From: an uncultured bacterium | GTDB taxonomy: Bacteria; Patescibacteriota; Minisyncoccia; Phycocordibacterales; GWA1-40-21 | Length of the DNA stretch: 64,000 nucleotides | Direction: 5' to 3' | Assembly (NCBI GenBank): GCA_963840885.1 | Contig: CAWJAN010000001.1 | Coordinates: 115,051-179,050, forward strand | Shown here: piece after piece, positions 48,206 through 57,470 of the stretch | Layout of the letters: each line of letters starts with the position of its first letter | How positions within the stretch are numbered: position 1 is the first letter of the stretch | Made by a program: the position numbers and the translations under genes | Notes under the pieces: generated by a model | Database searches by the model: none | What the model saw: the letters and a program-made list of their open reading frames with translations, nothing else | What the model was told of the DNA's origin: nothing

Positions 48206-48589
48206 ATGATAAATAATTTCTCCACAACAAATGAGACCAGAGGCAAGCTACCAAGCTTGCCTTTTGCCAAAATCAAAAATAAGATACTGGGAAAAGGCTA
48301 CGATCTTTGCCTTATCTTTACCAGCCCGCAAAAAATTCGGAGGCTTAATAAGGTTTATAGAAAAATAAATAAGCCGACGGATATACTCAGCTTCCCTGTT
48401 TCAAGGAAATCCGGGGAGGTTTTTATCTGCCTTTCCGAAGCAAGGAAAGAAGCGGTCAGATTTGAAAGGGGGTATGAAAATTTCATTGCATTTCTGTTCA
48501 TACACGGCTGCGTGCATCTTTTGGGATATGATCATGGAAGAAAAATGGAGAATCTGGAAAAAAAACGCAGAAAGGATTTCGGCGTCTGA
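48206..48589 (+). CDS. ybeY: rRNA maturation endoribonuclease YbeY
   Basis: DILSFP and the zinc site HGCVHLLGYDH are present. Confidence 0.85.
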   Translation: MINNFSTTNETRGKLPSLPFAKIKNKILGKGYDLCLIFTSPQKIRRLNKVYRKINKPTDILSFPVSRKSGEVFICLSEARKEAVRFERGYENFIAFLFIHGCVHLLGYDHGRKMENLEKKRRKDFGV

Positions 48590-48673
48590 TATGCATATTT
48601 GTCCACACAGAGCTTTTCTCGCATTTAGAAAATAATTTTGCTAAAATAAGGCTAACTTAACCTTATTTTAAAA

Positions 48674-49858
48674 ATGTCCAGAAAAATTTCAGTCGGAATA
48701 GGAATAGGAACATACCAGATAAAAGTGGTTGTTACCGAGGATATAAAGACTGAGAACGGAGAATTCAGCCCCCAAATAATTGGTACCGGAATTGCGGAAT
48801 CCAAAGGACTCAGGCACGGCTACATAATAAACGTGAACGATGCGGTAAGATGCGTAAAGCATGCCGTGGCGCAAGCGGAAAAATCGTCGGGAATGAAAAT
48901 AAAGAGAGCTTATATCGCCGTAGGAGGAATAGGCCTATCTTCCATAGTCAGCAAAAGCACTGTTCCGGTAGCTAAAGCCGATTCTGAAATAAGCGAACTT
49001 GATGTAAAAAATGCCATAGCGACTGCTGAAAATGATCTTCCTAAAAGCGTTCTCAATAATAAAAGAATACTGAATGCAATACCTATCGGCTATAAAATAG
49101 ACAACGAGGCTGTAATGGGAAGGCCTGTAGGAATGCACGGCACGAAGCTCGAGGCAAAAGTCCTTTTTGTGCTTTGCATAGAACAGCATCTGAACGACTT
49201 GATATCGGCTGTTGAAACAGCCGGCATCGAAGTTGCAGACGTCGTAGCTTCTCCTATCGCCGCAAGCATAGTTAATCTTTCAAAAACACAGAAAATCGCC
49301 GGATGCGTTCTGGTAAATATCGGTGCCGAAACCGTTTCTCTTGTCGTATATGAAAACAATGTTCCCATTTCACTTGAAGTCTTCCCTATCGGCAGCGCAG
49401 ACATAACGAATGATATCGCTTTGGGATTCAGAATCCCAATAGATGAGGCAGAGAACATAAAAATCGGTTCTGAAAATGGCAGCAAGCAGGAAAAGAAAAA
49501 ACTGGATGAAATTATAGGAAGAAAACTTTCAGATATTTTCAACCTTGTAGAAGCTCATCTCAAGAAAATAGGCAGGAGCAATCTTCTGCCTGCCGGAATA
49601 GTCCTTACAGGAGGAGGCTCTCTTGTGGAATCTGTTGAAGAAATGGCAAAAACATCGCTAAAACTCCCGTCAAAGATAGCTTCGATTAACTTCGCGCCGA
49701 ATATAAAAAATTTTCAGCTCAAGGATCCTTCGTGGTCTGTAGCTTACGGCCTGTCGATTCTCGGGCTTGAAAGCGACGACAGCTCCATAATCACGATAAA
49801 AAGAGGCGATGGAATAGGAAAAACTGTCGGCGGATGGTTCAAAAAGCTTCTCCCTTAA
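48674..49858 (+). CDS. ftsA: cell division protein FtsA
   Basis: Actin-like ATPase fold: VGIGIGTYQIKVVV, IAVGGIG and VLTGGGSL. Confidence 0.9.
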   Translation: MSRKISVGIGIGTYQIKVVVTEDIKTENGEFSPQIIGTGIAESKGLRHGYIINVNDAVRCVKHAVAQAEKSSGMKIKRAYIAVGGIGLSSIVSKSTVPVAKADSEISELDVKNAIATAENDLPKSVLNNKRILNAIPIGYKIDNEAVMGRPVGMHGTKLEAKVLFVLCIEQHLNDLISAVETAGIEVADVVASPIAASIVNLSKTQKIAGCVLVNIGAETVSLVVYENNVPISLEVFPIGSADITNDIALGFRIPIDEAENIKIGSENGSKQEKKKLDEIIGRKLSDIFNLVEAHLKKIGRSNLLPAGIVLTGGGSLVESVEEMAKTSLKLPSKIASINFAPNIKNFQLKDPSWSVAYGLSILGLESDDSSIITIKRGDGIGKTVGGWFKKLLP

Positions 49859-50064
49859 ACTTTCCTTCCGCCGGTTTTCCGCAATTGTGCGAAAGACCGG
49901 CTTTTTCTTTCTTCAACACGAAAAAAAACTTAAGACAACATTTCCATTTTAGGCTGTTTTTTGATATTATATTGCTACAAATAAGTTGTTTAAATTATCA
50001 AGTTTATTAAATTTTGCTTAACGCTTAGGTTAGAAGACCGGAAGAGCTGAAAGCCGTTTTAAAA

Positions 50065-51252
50065 ATGCCACAAATAAAACCAGACGTAGAGACTTTTGCC
50101 AGAATTAAAGTTATCGGTATCGGCGGATCGGGAAAAAATGCCACAAATCACATGATCAATTCCAAAGTAAAAGGAGTTGAGTTCATTGTCGTAAATACCG
50201 ACGTGCAGGATCTCCACCATTCTCTTGCGCCAAAAAAGATTCATATAGGAAAAAATCTCACTCGAGGCCTCGGAACCGGAATGAACGCTGAGCTCGGTAA
50301 GCGCGCCGCTGAAGAGACTAAAGAAGAAATACAGGAGGCATTGAAGGGTGCGGATATGGTATTCATAGCCGGAGGAGAAGGAGGAGGGACATGCACTGGA
50401 GCTGCTCCGTTTGTGGCAAAAACCGCAAAAGAACTTGGCATACTTACGATAGCTGTGGTCACAAAGCCATTTTCTTTCGAAGGCGCCCAGAGAAGCAAGC
50501 TTGCTGAATTAGGAATAGACGAACTTCGAAAAAATGTCGACGCTATAATAGTGATACCTAACGACAGGATGATGGCGATGGTTGGTAAAGACGCTACCGT
50601 GAAATCAGCTTTTGCCATATGCGATGATGTCCTGAGGCAGGCTGTCGAAGGTATTTCTGACCTAATCACCACTCCTGGGACAATAAATATAGACTTTGCT
50701 GACATTAAAGCTGTCGTTGAAAATGCCGGCTCAGCGCTTATGGGAGTCGGCAAATCAACCGGAGAAAAGAGAGCAGAGGAAGCGGCAAAAATGGCCATCA
50801 ATTCCCCTCTTCTCGAAGTTTCGATTAATGGGGCGAAAGGAGTTCTCTTCTCCATCGCGGGCGGCGACGATCTGACGCTTTTTGAAATCCAGGAAGCGGC
50901 AAAAATAATAACGGAATCCATAGATCCGAATGCGAAAGTCATTTTCGGCACGATTCATACGGACAAGCTCAAAAAGGGAGAGATTCAGATTACCGTCATA
51001 GCTTCTGGATTCTCCGGCGAGTATGTAAACAAGAAAACTTTGTTCTATTCCGCTGCGCCAAAAGAAGAAAAGGAAAGCAAGATAGAAAAGCTTTTTTCAG
51101 CTTCCCCGGCAAGCATGCCAGAAATGAAAGAAACGAAAGAAACTAAAGCCGAGCCGCAAGCTCAGACTGAAAACAAGAAAACGGTAAAAATAGACAATGA
51201 AGACGATGACTGGGGCCCAGTTCCGTCATTTTTAAGGCGTTCAAAAAAATAA
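50065..51252 (+). CDS. ftsZ: cell division GTPase FtsZ
   Basis: IKVIGIGGSGKNATNHM, the tubulin signature GGEGGGTCTGAAP, and a T7 loop NIDFADIK are present. Confidence 0.95.
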   Translation: MPQIKPDVETFARIKVIGIGGSGKNATNHMINSKVKGVEFIVVNTDVQDLHHSLAPKKIHIGKNLTRGLGTGMNAELGKRAAEETKEEIQEALKGADMVFIAGGEGGGTCTGAAPFVAKTAKELGILTIAVVTKPFSFEGAQRSKLAELGIDELRKNVDAIIVIPNDRMMAMVGKDATVKSAFAICDDVLRQAVEGISDLITTPGTINIDFADIKAVVENAGSALMGVGKSTGEKRAEEAAKMAINSPLLEVSINGAKGVLFSIAGGDDLTLFEIQEAAKIITESIDPNAKVIFGTIHTDKLKKGEIQITVIASGFSGEYVNKKTLFYSAAPKEEKESKIEKLFSASPASMPEMKETKETKAEPQAQTENKKTVKIDNEDDDWGPVPSFLRRSKK

Positions 51253-51258
51253 AATAAT

Positions 51259-52179
51259 ATGACTTACGATTTAGCCATTATCGGCGCCGGACCCGCTGGA
51301 ATCGCAGCCGGAGTCTATGCTGCCAGAAAAAAACTCAAGACTGTTTTTATAACGAAAAACTTTGAAAATCAGAGCATTGTTTCAGATAATATACAAAATT
51401 GGATAGGAACTGTTTCCATTCCTGGAGCCGAGCTTGCAAAAAACCTGGAAAATCACCTGCGGGCTTACGCGAAAGATTCTGTTGACATAAAAACTGGAGA
51501 AACCGCAGAAGAAATAAGAAAGGACGCTGGAGCATTTAAAATAAAAACCGGCTCAAATGAATACGCCGCAAAAACCGTTCTTATAACGACCGGCAGCATG
51601 AGAAAAAAACTCACAGTGAAAGGGGCGGATGTGTTCGACAACAAAGGAATCACCTACTGCGCCACATGCGATGCGCCTTTTTTTGAAGACATGGATGTTG
51701 CCGTTATAGGAGGAGGAAATGCCGCATTTGAAACGGCGATGCAGCTCGTTGATATAGCAAAAAGCGTAACCATACTCCAAAGAAGCAAATTTAAAGCTGA
51801 TCCGGTAACGGCAGAAAAAGTCCTTTCAAATCCTAAAGTCAAAGGCTACGAAAATGCCGATCTTATGGAAATAAAGGGTGACAAATTCGTTACAGGGCTT
51901 GTTTACAAGAAAAAAGATACAGGAGAAACAGTTGAGCTTCCCATACAAGGTGTTTTCGCAGAAATCGGCTCCGTTCCTTCGGTAAATTTCCTTAAAAACG
52001 GAATCGTCAAGCTGAACGAATTCAGCCAGATAATCACCGATCCGAAAAACCAGCGCACTTCTGAGCCCGGCATCTGGGCTGCCGGCGACTGCACCGACGG
52101 GCTATATCATCAGAACAATATAGCCGCAGGAGATGCCGTAAAAGCACTCGAGGACGCTTACTACTATCTGAGAGGATAA
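51259..52179 (+). CDS. trxB: thioredoxin-disulfide reductase
   Basis: FAD motif IIGAGPAGIAAGVYAAR, redox-active CATCD, and NADPH motif VIGGGNAA are present. Confidence 0.9.
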   Translation: MTYDLAIIGAGPAGIAAGVYAARKKLKTVFITKNFENQSIVSDNIQNWIGTVSIPGAELAKNLENHLRAYAKDSVDIKTGETAEEIRKDAGAFKIKTGSNEYAAKTVLITTGSMRKKLTVKGADVFDNKGITYCATCDAPFFEDMDVAVIGGGNAAFETAMQLVDIAKSVTILQRSKFKADPVTAEKVLSNPKVKGYENADLMEIKGDKFVTGLVYKKKDTGETVELPIQGVFAEIGSVPSVNFLKNGIVKLNEFSQIITDPKNQRTSEPGIWAAGDCTDGLYHQNNIAAGDAVKALEDAYYYLRG

Positions 52180-52182
52180 ATA

Positions 52183-52212
52183 AAAAGCCGACCGTAAAAA
52201 CCGGCCGGCTTT
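52183..52212. terminator. intrinsic terminator shared by trxB (+) and the Nudix gene (-)
   Basis: Hairpin aaagccgaccg-taaaaa-ccggccggcttt. Confidence 0.6.
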
Positions 52213-52751
52213 TAAAAATCTCTGATATTGCTTATGCGCTGTATCTGCACATCGCCTTTAAGGCTTTCCTGGCGCGGACCATATACAGCCTTACCAAAAA
52301 TCTTCTGTCCGCCAAGAACGATCGGAACCCAATACTTATCCGCAAGCATCATCCTATCAAAAGGCAGGTTGTCTATGAGGCATAAGTTTGGCTCCGACAT
52401 TTCGTCGCTTGGCACGATAGTGCCGGTCCATTTTTTTGTAACATAAACATGGACCTTGCAGACGAATGTGATTTTCTCTTCCGTGGTATTGCGGAAGAAC
52501 ATTACGGCGAATTTTTCCAGATCTTTTTCTTCGATATCGACTCCTCCGATATCTCCGTTTGATGTTTCCTGGAAGACTTCACGTATGGCTGCCTGCTTCG
52601 GCGTTTCACCCTCTTCGATTCCGCCGCCATATCCATTCAGCTTGCCGGCGCCGATTCCCTTATTCTTAACCGCAAGAGTCACATAGCGGCCAGAAACAAG
52701 AAAAATCAAAACGGCATCGCGCAGAATCTTTTCCTTTTCCCTTGTTTTCAT
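52212..52751 (-). CDS. Nudix hydrolase
   Basis: Nudix box GGGIEEGETPKQAAIREVFQETS. The start is set at the ATG at 52749-52751, which has a strong AGGAGGTGA RBS. The longer ORF to 52892 is rejected. Confidence 0.8.
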   Translation of the reverse strand: MKTREKEKILRDAVLIFLVSGRYVTLAVKNKGIGAGKLNGYGGGIEEGETPKQAAIREVFQETSNGDIGGVDIEEKDLEKFAVMFFRNTTEEKITFVCKVHVYVTKKWTGTIVPSDEMSEPNLCLIDNLPFDRMMLADKYWVPIVLGGQKIFGKAVYGPRQESLKGDVQIQRISNIRDF

Positions 52752-52833
52752 AGAGCTCACCTCCTTTCTTTTTAAATAAGCATCACTCCTGATTATTAGA
52801 CTATAACTTATTCGGCATTTGTAAAGCAAAATC

Positions 52834-52862
52834 AAAAAACGGCCTTCCGGCCGTTTTTTGAT
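52834..52862. terminator. intrinsic terminator
   Basis: Hairpin aaaaaacggcc-ttcc-ggccgtttttt. Confidence 0.75.
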
Positions 52863-52863
52863 T

Positions 52864-53097
52864 TTACATCTGCGCTGTCTTGTTTCCGACAACCATATTG
52901 TAAATCCAAGCCACTATTGCAGCTCCGATTCCCCAGTCGAAGAATCCCCAGATGCCTCCGATGATTCCTCCGACAAATGTCGGGGCATATCCTATATAAA
53001 GCGGCGATAGCAAATTAACTATGCTGTTTCCCCAGCCATATGAAGCAAGCCATCCGAGAATCATTATCCAAAGACCGAATGATAGCCCCCCAAGCAA
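52864..53097 (-). CDS. small Gly-rich two-TM membrane protein, unknown
   Basis: 77 aa with two hydrophobic helices carrying GxxxG-type repeats (GGIIGGIWGFFDWGIGAAIVAWIY). Confidence 0.4.
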   Translation of the reverse strand: MLGGLSFGLWIMILGWLASYGWGNSIVNLLSPLYIGYAPTFVGGIIGGIWGFFDWGIGAAIVAWIYNMVVGNKTAQM

Positions 53098-53237
53098 GAG
53101 CGAAAGCTTTTACGTTAAGTTTCATAAACAAAGTCAATTAAACTTATAATGAATCAACCGCATTAATTATACAAAGATGATTTTTTACGCACAAATAGCT
53201 ATTGTTAATAAAAAATCCGCCGGAGCGGATTATTTTG

Positions 53238-53310
53238 TGGGCGGTACAGGATTCGAACCTATGACCCTCTCTACGTCAAAGAGATGCTCTACCAACTGAG
53301 CTAACCGCCC
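53238..53310 (-). tRNA. tRNA-Val(GAC)
   Basis: Minus-strand cloverleaf GGGCGGT-TA-GCTCAGTTGGTAGAGC-A-TCTCT-TTGACGT-AGAGA-GGGTC-ATAGG-TTCGAAT-CCTGT-ACCGCCC-A. Confidence 0.8.
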
Positions 53311-53429
53311 ATATTATTTTTCTTTTTAAATTTGCTTCGCGATATTATCTGCCAGAACAGCTAACCGCCCAAAATATAAAATTACCTAAAAGATACTAGC
53401 ATAAAAAATTCAAAAGACAATTTTTGAAT

Positions 53430-54176
53430 TTAAATCTCTATTTTGGAGAATGACCAGCTTCCCAGCACCAAAAATACCAGTGTAAATAAAGAGAGGACGA
53501 GTATATCAAGTCCCAGCCCGAAATGAGTTGCGCCATCCAGAAGAGTCCTGAAAGCGTCTATTCCATATGAAAGAGGGTCCAGCCTGGCAAGAATATCTAT
53601 GACTTTAGGAAGGCCGTCGAGCGGAAAGATGGCGCCTGAGAGAAAGAATAATGGCATTATCAAAAAGTTTGATATGAGCTGGAATCCCTGCATATCATCA
53701 AGGTGGGATGCTATGAGAGTTCCGAGACAATTGAAGAGAAGTGCCACGAGAAACATTATGAATATTGCCGGAATAAGCATCAGCCAATTCCCTGGCCTGA
53801 AGCCTACGAAAAGCGATAGGAAAAATACGACAAGGCCCTGAAGGGTCGAGGTCGTTGCCCCGCCCATGGTCCTTCCTATCATTATATTGAATCTTGAAAC
53901 GGGGGCGGCCAACGTTTCCTTAAGGAAACCGAATTGCTTATCCCATATTACCTCTATACCGGAAAAGAAAGATGAGAAAATTATTCCCATGCCGATGATT
54001 CCCGGGACAAGAAAGCTCAGGTAATTCCCTTCTCCGGCTTTTTGGAAAACTGGGCCGAGTCCAAATCCTAAAGCCACCATGAAAAGAAGCGGCTGCGCCA
54101 AAGAACCGAGCATCCTCGATTTTGACCTGAAATATCTTTTAACCTGCCTAAGCCATAAAATGTAAATCGCTCTCAT
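53430..54176 (-). CDS. ABC-2 family transporter permease
   Basis: Six TM helices with the ABC-2 signature. Translationally adjacent to the ATPase gene. Confidence 0.8.
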   Translation of the reverse strand: MRAIYILWLRQVKRYFRSKSRMLGSLAQPLLFMVALGFGLGPVFQKAGEGNYLSFLVPGIIGMGIIFSSFFSGIEVIWDKQFGFLKETLAAPVSRFNIMIGRTMGGATTSTLQGLVVFFLSLFVGFRPGNWLMLIPAIFIMFLVALLFNCLGTLIASHLDDMQGFQLISNFLIMPLFFLSGAIFPLDGLPKVIDILARLDPLSYGIDAFRTLLDGATHFGLGLDILVLSLFTLVFLVLGSWSFSKIEI

Positions 54177-54184
54177 ATTTTTTA

Positions 54185-54988
54185 TTATCGTTTATTCCCG
54201 CCTCCCCACATTCTCCTTCCCATCCTCATATGGTCGACTCCCTTCGCTTCCTCTTCCCTTATCACTTTTCCTGTAAGCGAAAGAAAAGCTTCTTCCAAGC
54301 TGTTTGTGCCGGTTTTTTGTTTTAATTCCGACGAAGAACCCATGGCGATGATTTTACCGTGGTCTATGACGGCTATCCTTTGCGCCACTTTGTCGGCTTC
54401 TTCCATATAATGAGTCGTAAAGAAAATCGTAGTTCCTTCCGTCCTATTGAGTTCTTTGAGGTATTCCCACATGTGATTTCTGGTCTGCGGATCAAGGCCG
54501 AGCGTAGGTTCATCCAGAAACATTACTTTTGGGTGATGCAAAAGCCCCCGTGCAATCTCCAATCTTCTTTTCATTCCTCCGGAAAAAGTTTTTACAAGAC
54601 TGTCCTTCCTGTCCCAAAGTTCCACAAAATTCATAAGCTTCTCTATTCTTTCTTTTATGGTCTTCCTATCCATGCCGTAAAGCACCCCGTGAAATTCCAT
54701 ATTTTCATATGCCGTAAGCTCATCATCAAGAGATGGATCCTGAAAAACTATTCCGAAAGAATGCCTTACGCCGTTTGGATCTTCCTGAACATTAAAACTG
54801 TTCAATGTTATGTGTCCGGATGTCGGAGAAAGCAATGTGGTGAGTATCTTTATAGTGGTGGATTTTCCGGCGCCATTCGGGCCCAAAAACGCAAATATCT
54901 CTCCTTTGGCTACGGAGAAAGAGATATTATCTACCGCGGTAAAATCTCCGAATTTCTTTGTTAGATTTTCAACTTTGATTATGCTCAT
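54185..54988 (-). CDS. ABC transporter ATP-binding protein
   Basis: Walker A GPNGAGKST, signature LSGGMKRRLEIA, and Walker B VMFLDEPT are present. Confidence 0.9.
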   Translation of the reverse strand: MSIIKVENLTKKFGDFTAVDNISFSVAKGEIFAFLGPNGAGKSTTIKILTTLLSPTSGHITLNSFNVQEDPNGVRHSFGIVFQDPSLDDELTAYENMEFHGVLYGMDRKTIKERIEKLMNFVELWDRKDSLVKTFSGGMKRRLEIARGLLHHPKVMFLDEPTLGLDPQTRNHMWEYLKELNRTEGTTIFFTTHYMEEADKVAQRIAVIDHGKIIAMGSSSELKQKTGTNSLEEAFLSLTGKVIREEEAKGVDHMRMGRRMWGGGNKR

Positions 54989-55037
54989 TATTGTTTAGTA
55001 CGTTCCATTCTTAAAACAGATGCTTATATCTTATCAT

Positions 55038-55065
55038 AAAAACTGCGGAGAGGGGGAGATTCGAA
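55038..55065. repeat. 28-nt direct repeat of the 3' end plus trailer of tRNA-Ser (att-like scar)
   Basis: aaaaactgcggagagggggagattcgaa occurs at 55038-55065 and again at 55195-55222, where it forms the last ~20 nt of tRNA-Ser plus its trailer. The 129-bp spacer contains a degenerate T-arm-like motif (ggtttcgaatctcgc) and a nested inverted repeat. Confidence 0.7.
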
Positions 55066-55202
55066 GCTTACAGCTTCAGTACCCTCATTGGATATTTTAC
55101 TTCATTGTATTCGTAAAATATACACAATGAGGTTTCGAATCTCGCACGGAAGCGCCCCGCGCTTCCTCCTCTCGAAGTTTTTACACTGCGTTTAAAAAAC
55201 TG

Positions 55203-55289
55203 CGGAGAGGGGGAGATTCGAACTCCCGAGACCCTTTCGAGCCTACCGCTTTTCGAGAGCGGCGCTTTCAACCACTCAGCCACCTCTCC
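55203..55289 (-). tRNA. tRNA-Ser(CGA)
   Basis: GGAGAGG-T-GGCTGAGTGGTTGAAAGC-GCCGCT-CTCGAAA-AGCGGT-long variable arm-GGGAG-TTCGAAT-CTCCC-CCTCTCC-G. Confidence 0.8.
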
Positions 55290-55365
55290 AGTGTTAAGTG
55301 AACCGAAAAACATTAGCATTTTTTTGCCTTTTTTACAAAAAGTTGTTATATTATCTCGGCTGTTT

Positions 55366-55440
55366 GGCCCTATCGTCTAACGGTTAGGACACGGCCTTTT
55401 CAAGGCTGTAATCGGGGTTCGATTCCCCGTAGGGTCACCA
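55366..55440 (+). tRNA. tRNA-Glu(UUC), CCA encoded
   Basis: GGCCCTA..GTCTAACGGTTAGGAC-A-CGGCC-TTTTCAA-GGCTG..CGGGG-TTCGATT-CCCCG-TAGGGTC-A-CCA. Confidence 0.85.
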
Positions 55441-55473
55441 CTAGTATTTAAATACCAGTATTAAAATAAGACT

Positions 55474-56079
55474 ATGGATTTCAAAGTAAAATGTGAAAAT
55501 TGTGGAAAGATAACTCCACACACCCAAAGAGGTGAAGCTGTACAAAATGATGAGATAGATTGGGGGGAAGATGAACCAGCCCAAGAAATACATTGGAACA
55601 ATCTTTTATTACAATGCGACCTATGTGAAAGTGTTTCTTTGCACTATTTTTCTCCAGAAGTACGCGAGGAGTTAACTCAACAGTTTCCCATTATAAAAAA
55701 TTTAAATGGTGTACCTGCTAATGTGGCGAAATCTTATTCGGAAGCAAAAAAGGTAAAAAATATCTCGTCTTTAGCTTTTTCAACGTTAATAAGAAGAGCT
55801 TTAGAATCTGTATGTATAGACCAAAAGGCTGTAGGGAAAGATTTAAATAAAAAACTAGAAGATCTGGGTAAAAAAGGAATTATTCCTCAAACTCTATCAA
55901 AAATGTCTCATGCGATAAGATATTTTGGAAATATCGGCGCTCATGCTTCAGATATTGAAATTAGTGTTGAAGAAGTTCAAACCATGGATGATTTTTTTGT
56001 AGCAGTGCTAGAGTACGTATATATAGCTCCTCAGAAATTAAAAAGAGTAGAAGAACTTATGAAAAAGAAGAATAAATAG
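55474..56079 (+). CDS. zinc-ribbon plus DUF4145-like domain protein (defence-island-associated family)
   Basis: N-terminal CENCGK...CDLC zinc ribbon. The C-terminal helical domain has the DUF4145-type motif IRYFGNIGAHASD. It starts 34 nt after tRNA-Glu. Confidence 0.5.
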   Translation: MDFKVKCENCGKITPHTQRGEAVQNDEIDWGEDEPAQEIHWNNLLLQCDLCESVSLHYFSPEVREELTQQFPIIKNLNGVPANVAKSYSEAKKVKNISSLAFSTLIRRALESVCIDQKAVGKDLNKKLEDLGKKGIIPQTLSKMSHAIRYFGNIGAHASDIEISVEEVQTMDDFFVAVLEYVYIAPQKLKRVEELMKKKNK

Positions 56080-56106
56080 TTTTATAGATTACTTACAAAT
56101 ATTTTA

Positions 56107-56871
56107 ATGAGTAACAAAAATGAACAGATTACAGAAGATCAACATTATGTTCCCCAATTTTATCTAAGGCAGTGGCTGGATGAAACCGGCGGTTTCTATC
56201 CTGTAAAGATTGAAGAAAAACAACCTCCAAAATTAAAAATCTTTTCTGATAAATCAGATCAGAGTAGGTTTTGTTACGAAAACTTCTTCTATGCCCAACA
56301 CACAGGAGTTGAAGATGAAATAAGTCAAATTATTGAAAAGGAATTTGCAAAGATTGAAACAATATTTTCTCAAGAATTACCAGTTCTTGAGAAGAAGATT
56401 TTGAATTATGAGCATATTAACAATGGTGTTGTAGGAGATACCGGATAATCTGGATAGATCCTCTTGATACAGACCTTTCTCTTTCCTATACCTCCGTATT
56501 GCCTCACCTATATGGTTTTCATTGTTCATAGGATGAATTGTAGTTAGTTAATAAAAAAATGGTAAGACTGTGAAATGTATCCATTTGGACATGTTTTGTG
56601 GATAACTTTATTAGCTTTAAGAACAAATACTATGATTAGTCTTGAACAATTGAGAGAAGTTGAGCCTGCATTAAAAGATATGTTTGATAAAGAGGTAGAG
56701 CGTATTCGGGATCTCCTCTATGCCCAAGCCAAGATGGCCCTTGAATGCTTCCTGGAAGAGAAAACTGGTACTAAACAAGAGGTGCATGTTCCTGATTTTA
56801 GTTTTGACTCAAGAGAACGGGATGCACTCAAACGCTGTCAGGAGATTATGGATCTGAAAAAGAAAAAATAG
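56107..56871 (+). pseudogene. disrupted DUF4238-like gene (N-terminal fragment 56107-56448, possible C-terminal fragment 56575-56871)
   Basis: The N-terminal fragment starts with the DUF4238 hallmark HYVPQFYLRQW, but the ORF ends after 113 aa. A second 98-aa ORF follows in another frame after a 126-nt gap. Together they would make a protein of about 250 aa. Confidence 0.35.
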
Positions 56872-56889
56872 TGCTGTTGAGCGGATTTT

Positions 56890-57470
56890 GACTTTATTTT
56901 CCTATCCTATACAATTGGATTAACACCACAATTTTTTTCCTCTGCATTTGGGCATAATGCAAACACTGTAGATTTAGGTGTTCGGGAAAAGTGGTGCTGG
57001 ACCTAGCCCAAGTGGAGCCAACCATAAAAAAGCTAGCCGACTAAGCGTGTAGTCTAGACTCTAAGCTTATAGGCGAAATAAAATAGGAGTCACTTACTGG
57101 TGCCAATGCAGTTAAAAGGGGCTAGCCTCGTTAGCGATTTGGGAGACGATTTCCGGCTTTCTCTGAGGCGAAAAAAACAGGAAACAGTATAGTCCGTTGC
57201 TTTAGCCTTTGTGCTCGTACAAACAAAGGTAGCGGGGTTTTAACCTTTGTGTACCCGACTAAACGACAAAGGGAAGGGATTTTCTCTCTCTTGTATCCAG
57301 CGAACCAAACAAGTGAGAAAAAAGTTTATCTCTTGTACTGAACAAGGATAGCCAAAGAAGCGGCTCACGGCTTTAGGGCGAAACAGACAGTGGCTTCGGT
57401 TATTGCGTATAAGCTGAGCGCAATACATGATGAGCAAAACCCAGTTCTCGAGAACTGGGTTTATTTATTC
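56890..57470 (+). ncRNA. candidate large structured ncRNA (about 580 nt) of unknown class, ending in an intrinsic terminator
   Basis: No ORF of 60 aa or more on either strand across about 850 bp. Local GC is higher than the flanking island. Repeated stem motifs are present (cctttgt..acaaagg twice, gctagcc box twice). It ends in the perfect terminator aaacccagttc-tcga-gaactgggttt-ATTTATT at 57437-57470. Confidence 0.35.
57436..57470 (+). terminator. rho-independent terminator closing the candidate ncRNA
   Basis: 11-bp perfect stem, tcga tetraloop, T-rich tail. Confidence 0.8.

Noticed and set aside
50241-50951. 236-aa minus-strand ORF antisense to ftsZ, and many other antisense ORFs (e.g. 1067-1360, 2915-3253, 5139-5717, 6441-7103, 21694-21999, 28225-28490, 29731-30186)
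   Set aside because: They are embedded antisense in confidently identified genes. They are low-complexity or Ser/Arg-rich and have no start context, which is typical of spurious antisense ORFs.
52212-52892. 226-aa version of the Nudix ORF
   Set aside because: The internal ATG at 52749-52751 has a strong AGGAGGTGA Shine-Dalgarno, and the Nudix fold starts there. The upstream extension crosses a terminator hairpin.
55066-55197. Possible second tRNA (with intron or unusual structure) between the two tRNA-Ser 3'-end repeats
   Set aside because: I could not fold a cloverleaf. The T-stem 5' strand is absent (gtaagc instead of gggag) and there is no consistent anticodon arm. It looks like a degenerate remnant.
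56890-57470. Group II intron, tmRNA or retron msr/msd as identity of the ORF-free structured segment
   Set aside because: There is no GUGYG 5' end and no domain V consensus. There is no tRNA-like 3' end and no plausible tag reading frame ending in hydrophobic residues plus stop. No reverse-transcriptase gene is adjacent. The identity is left open.
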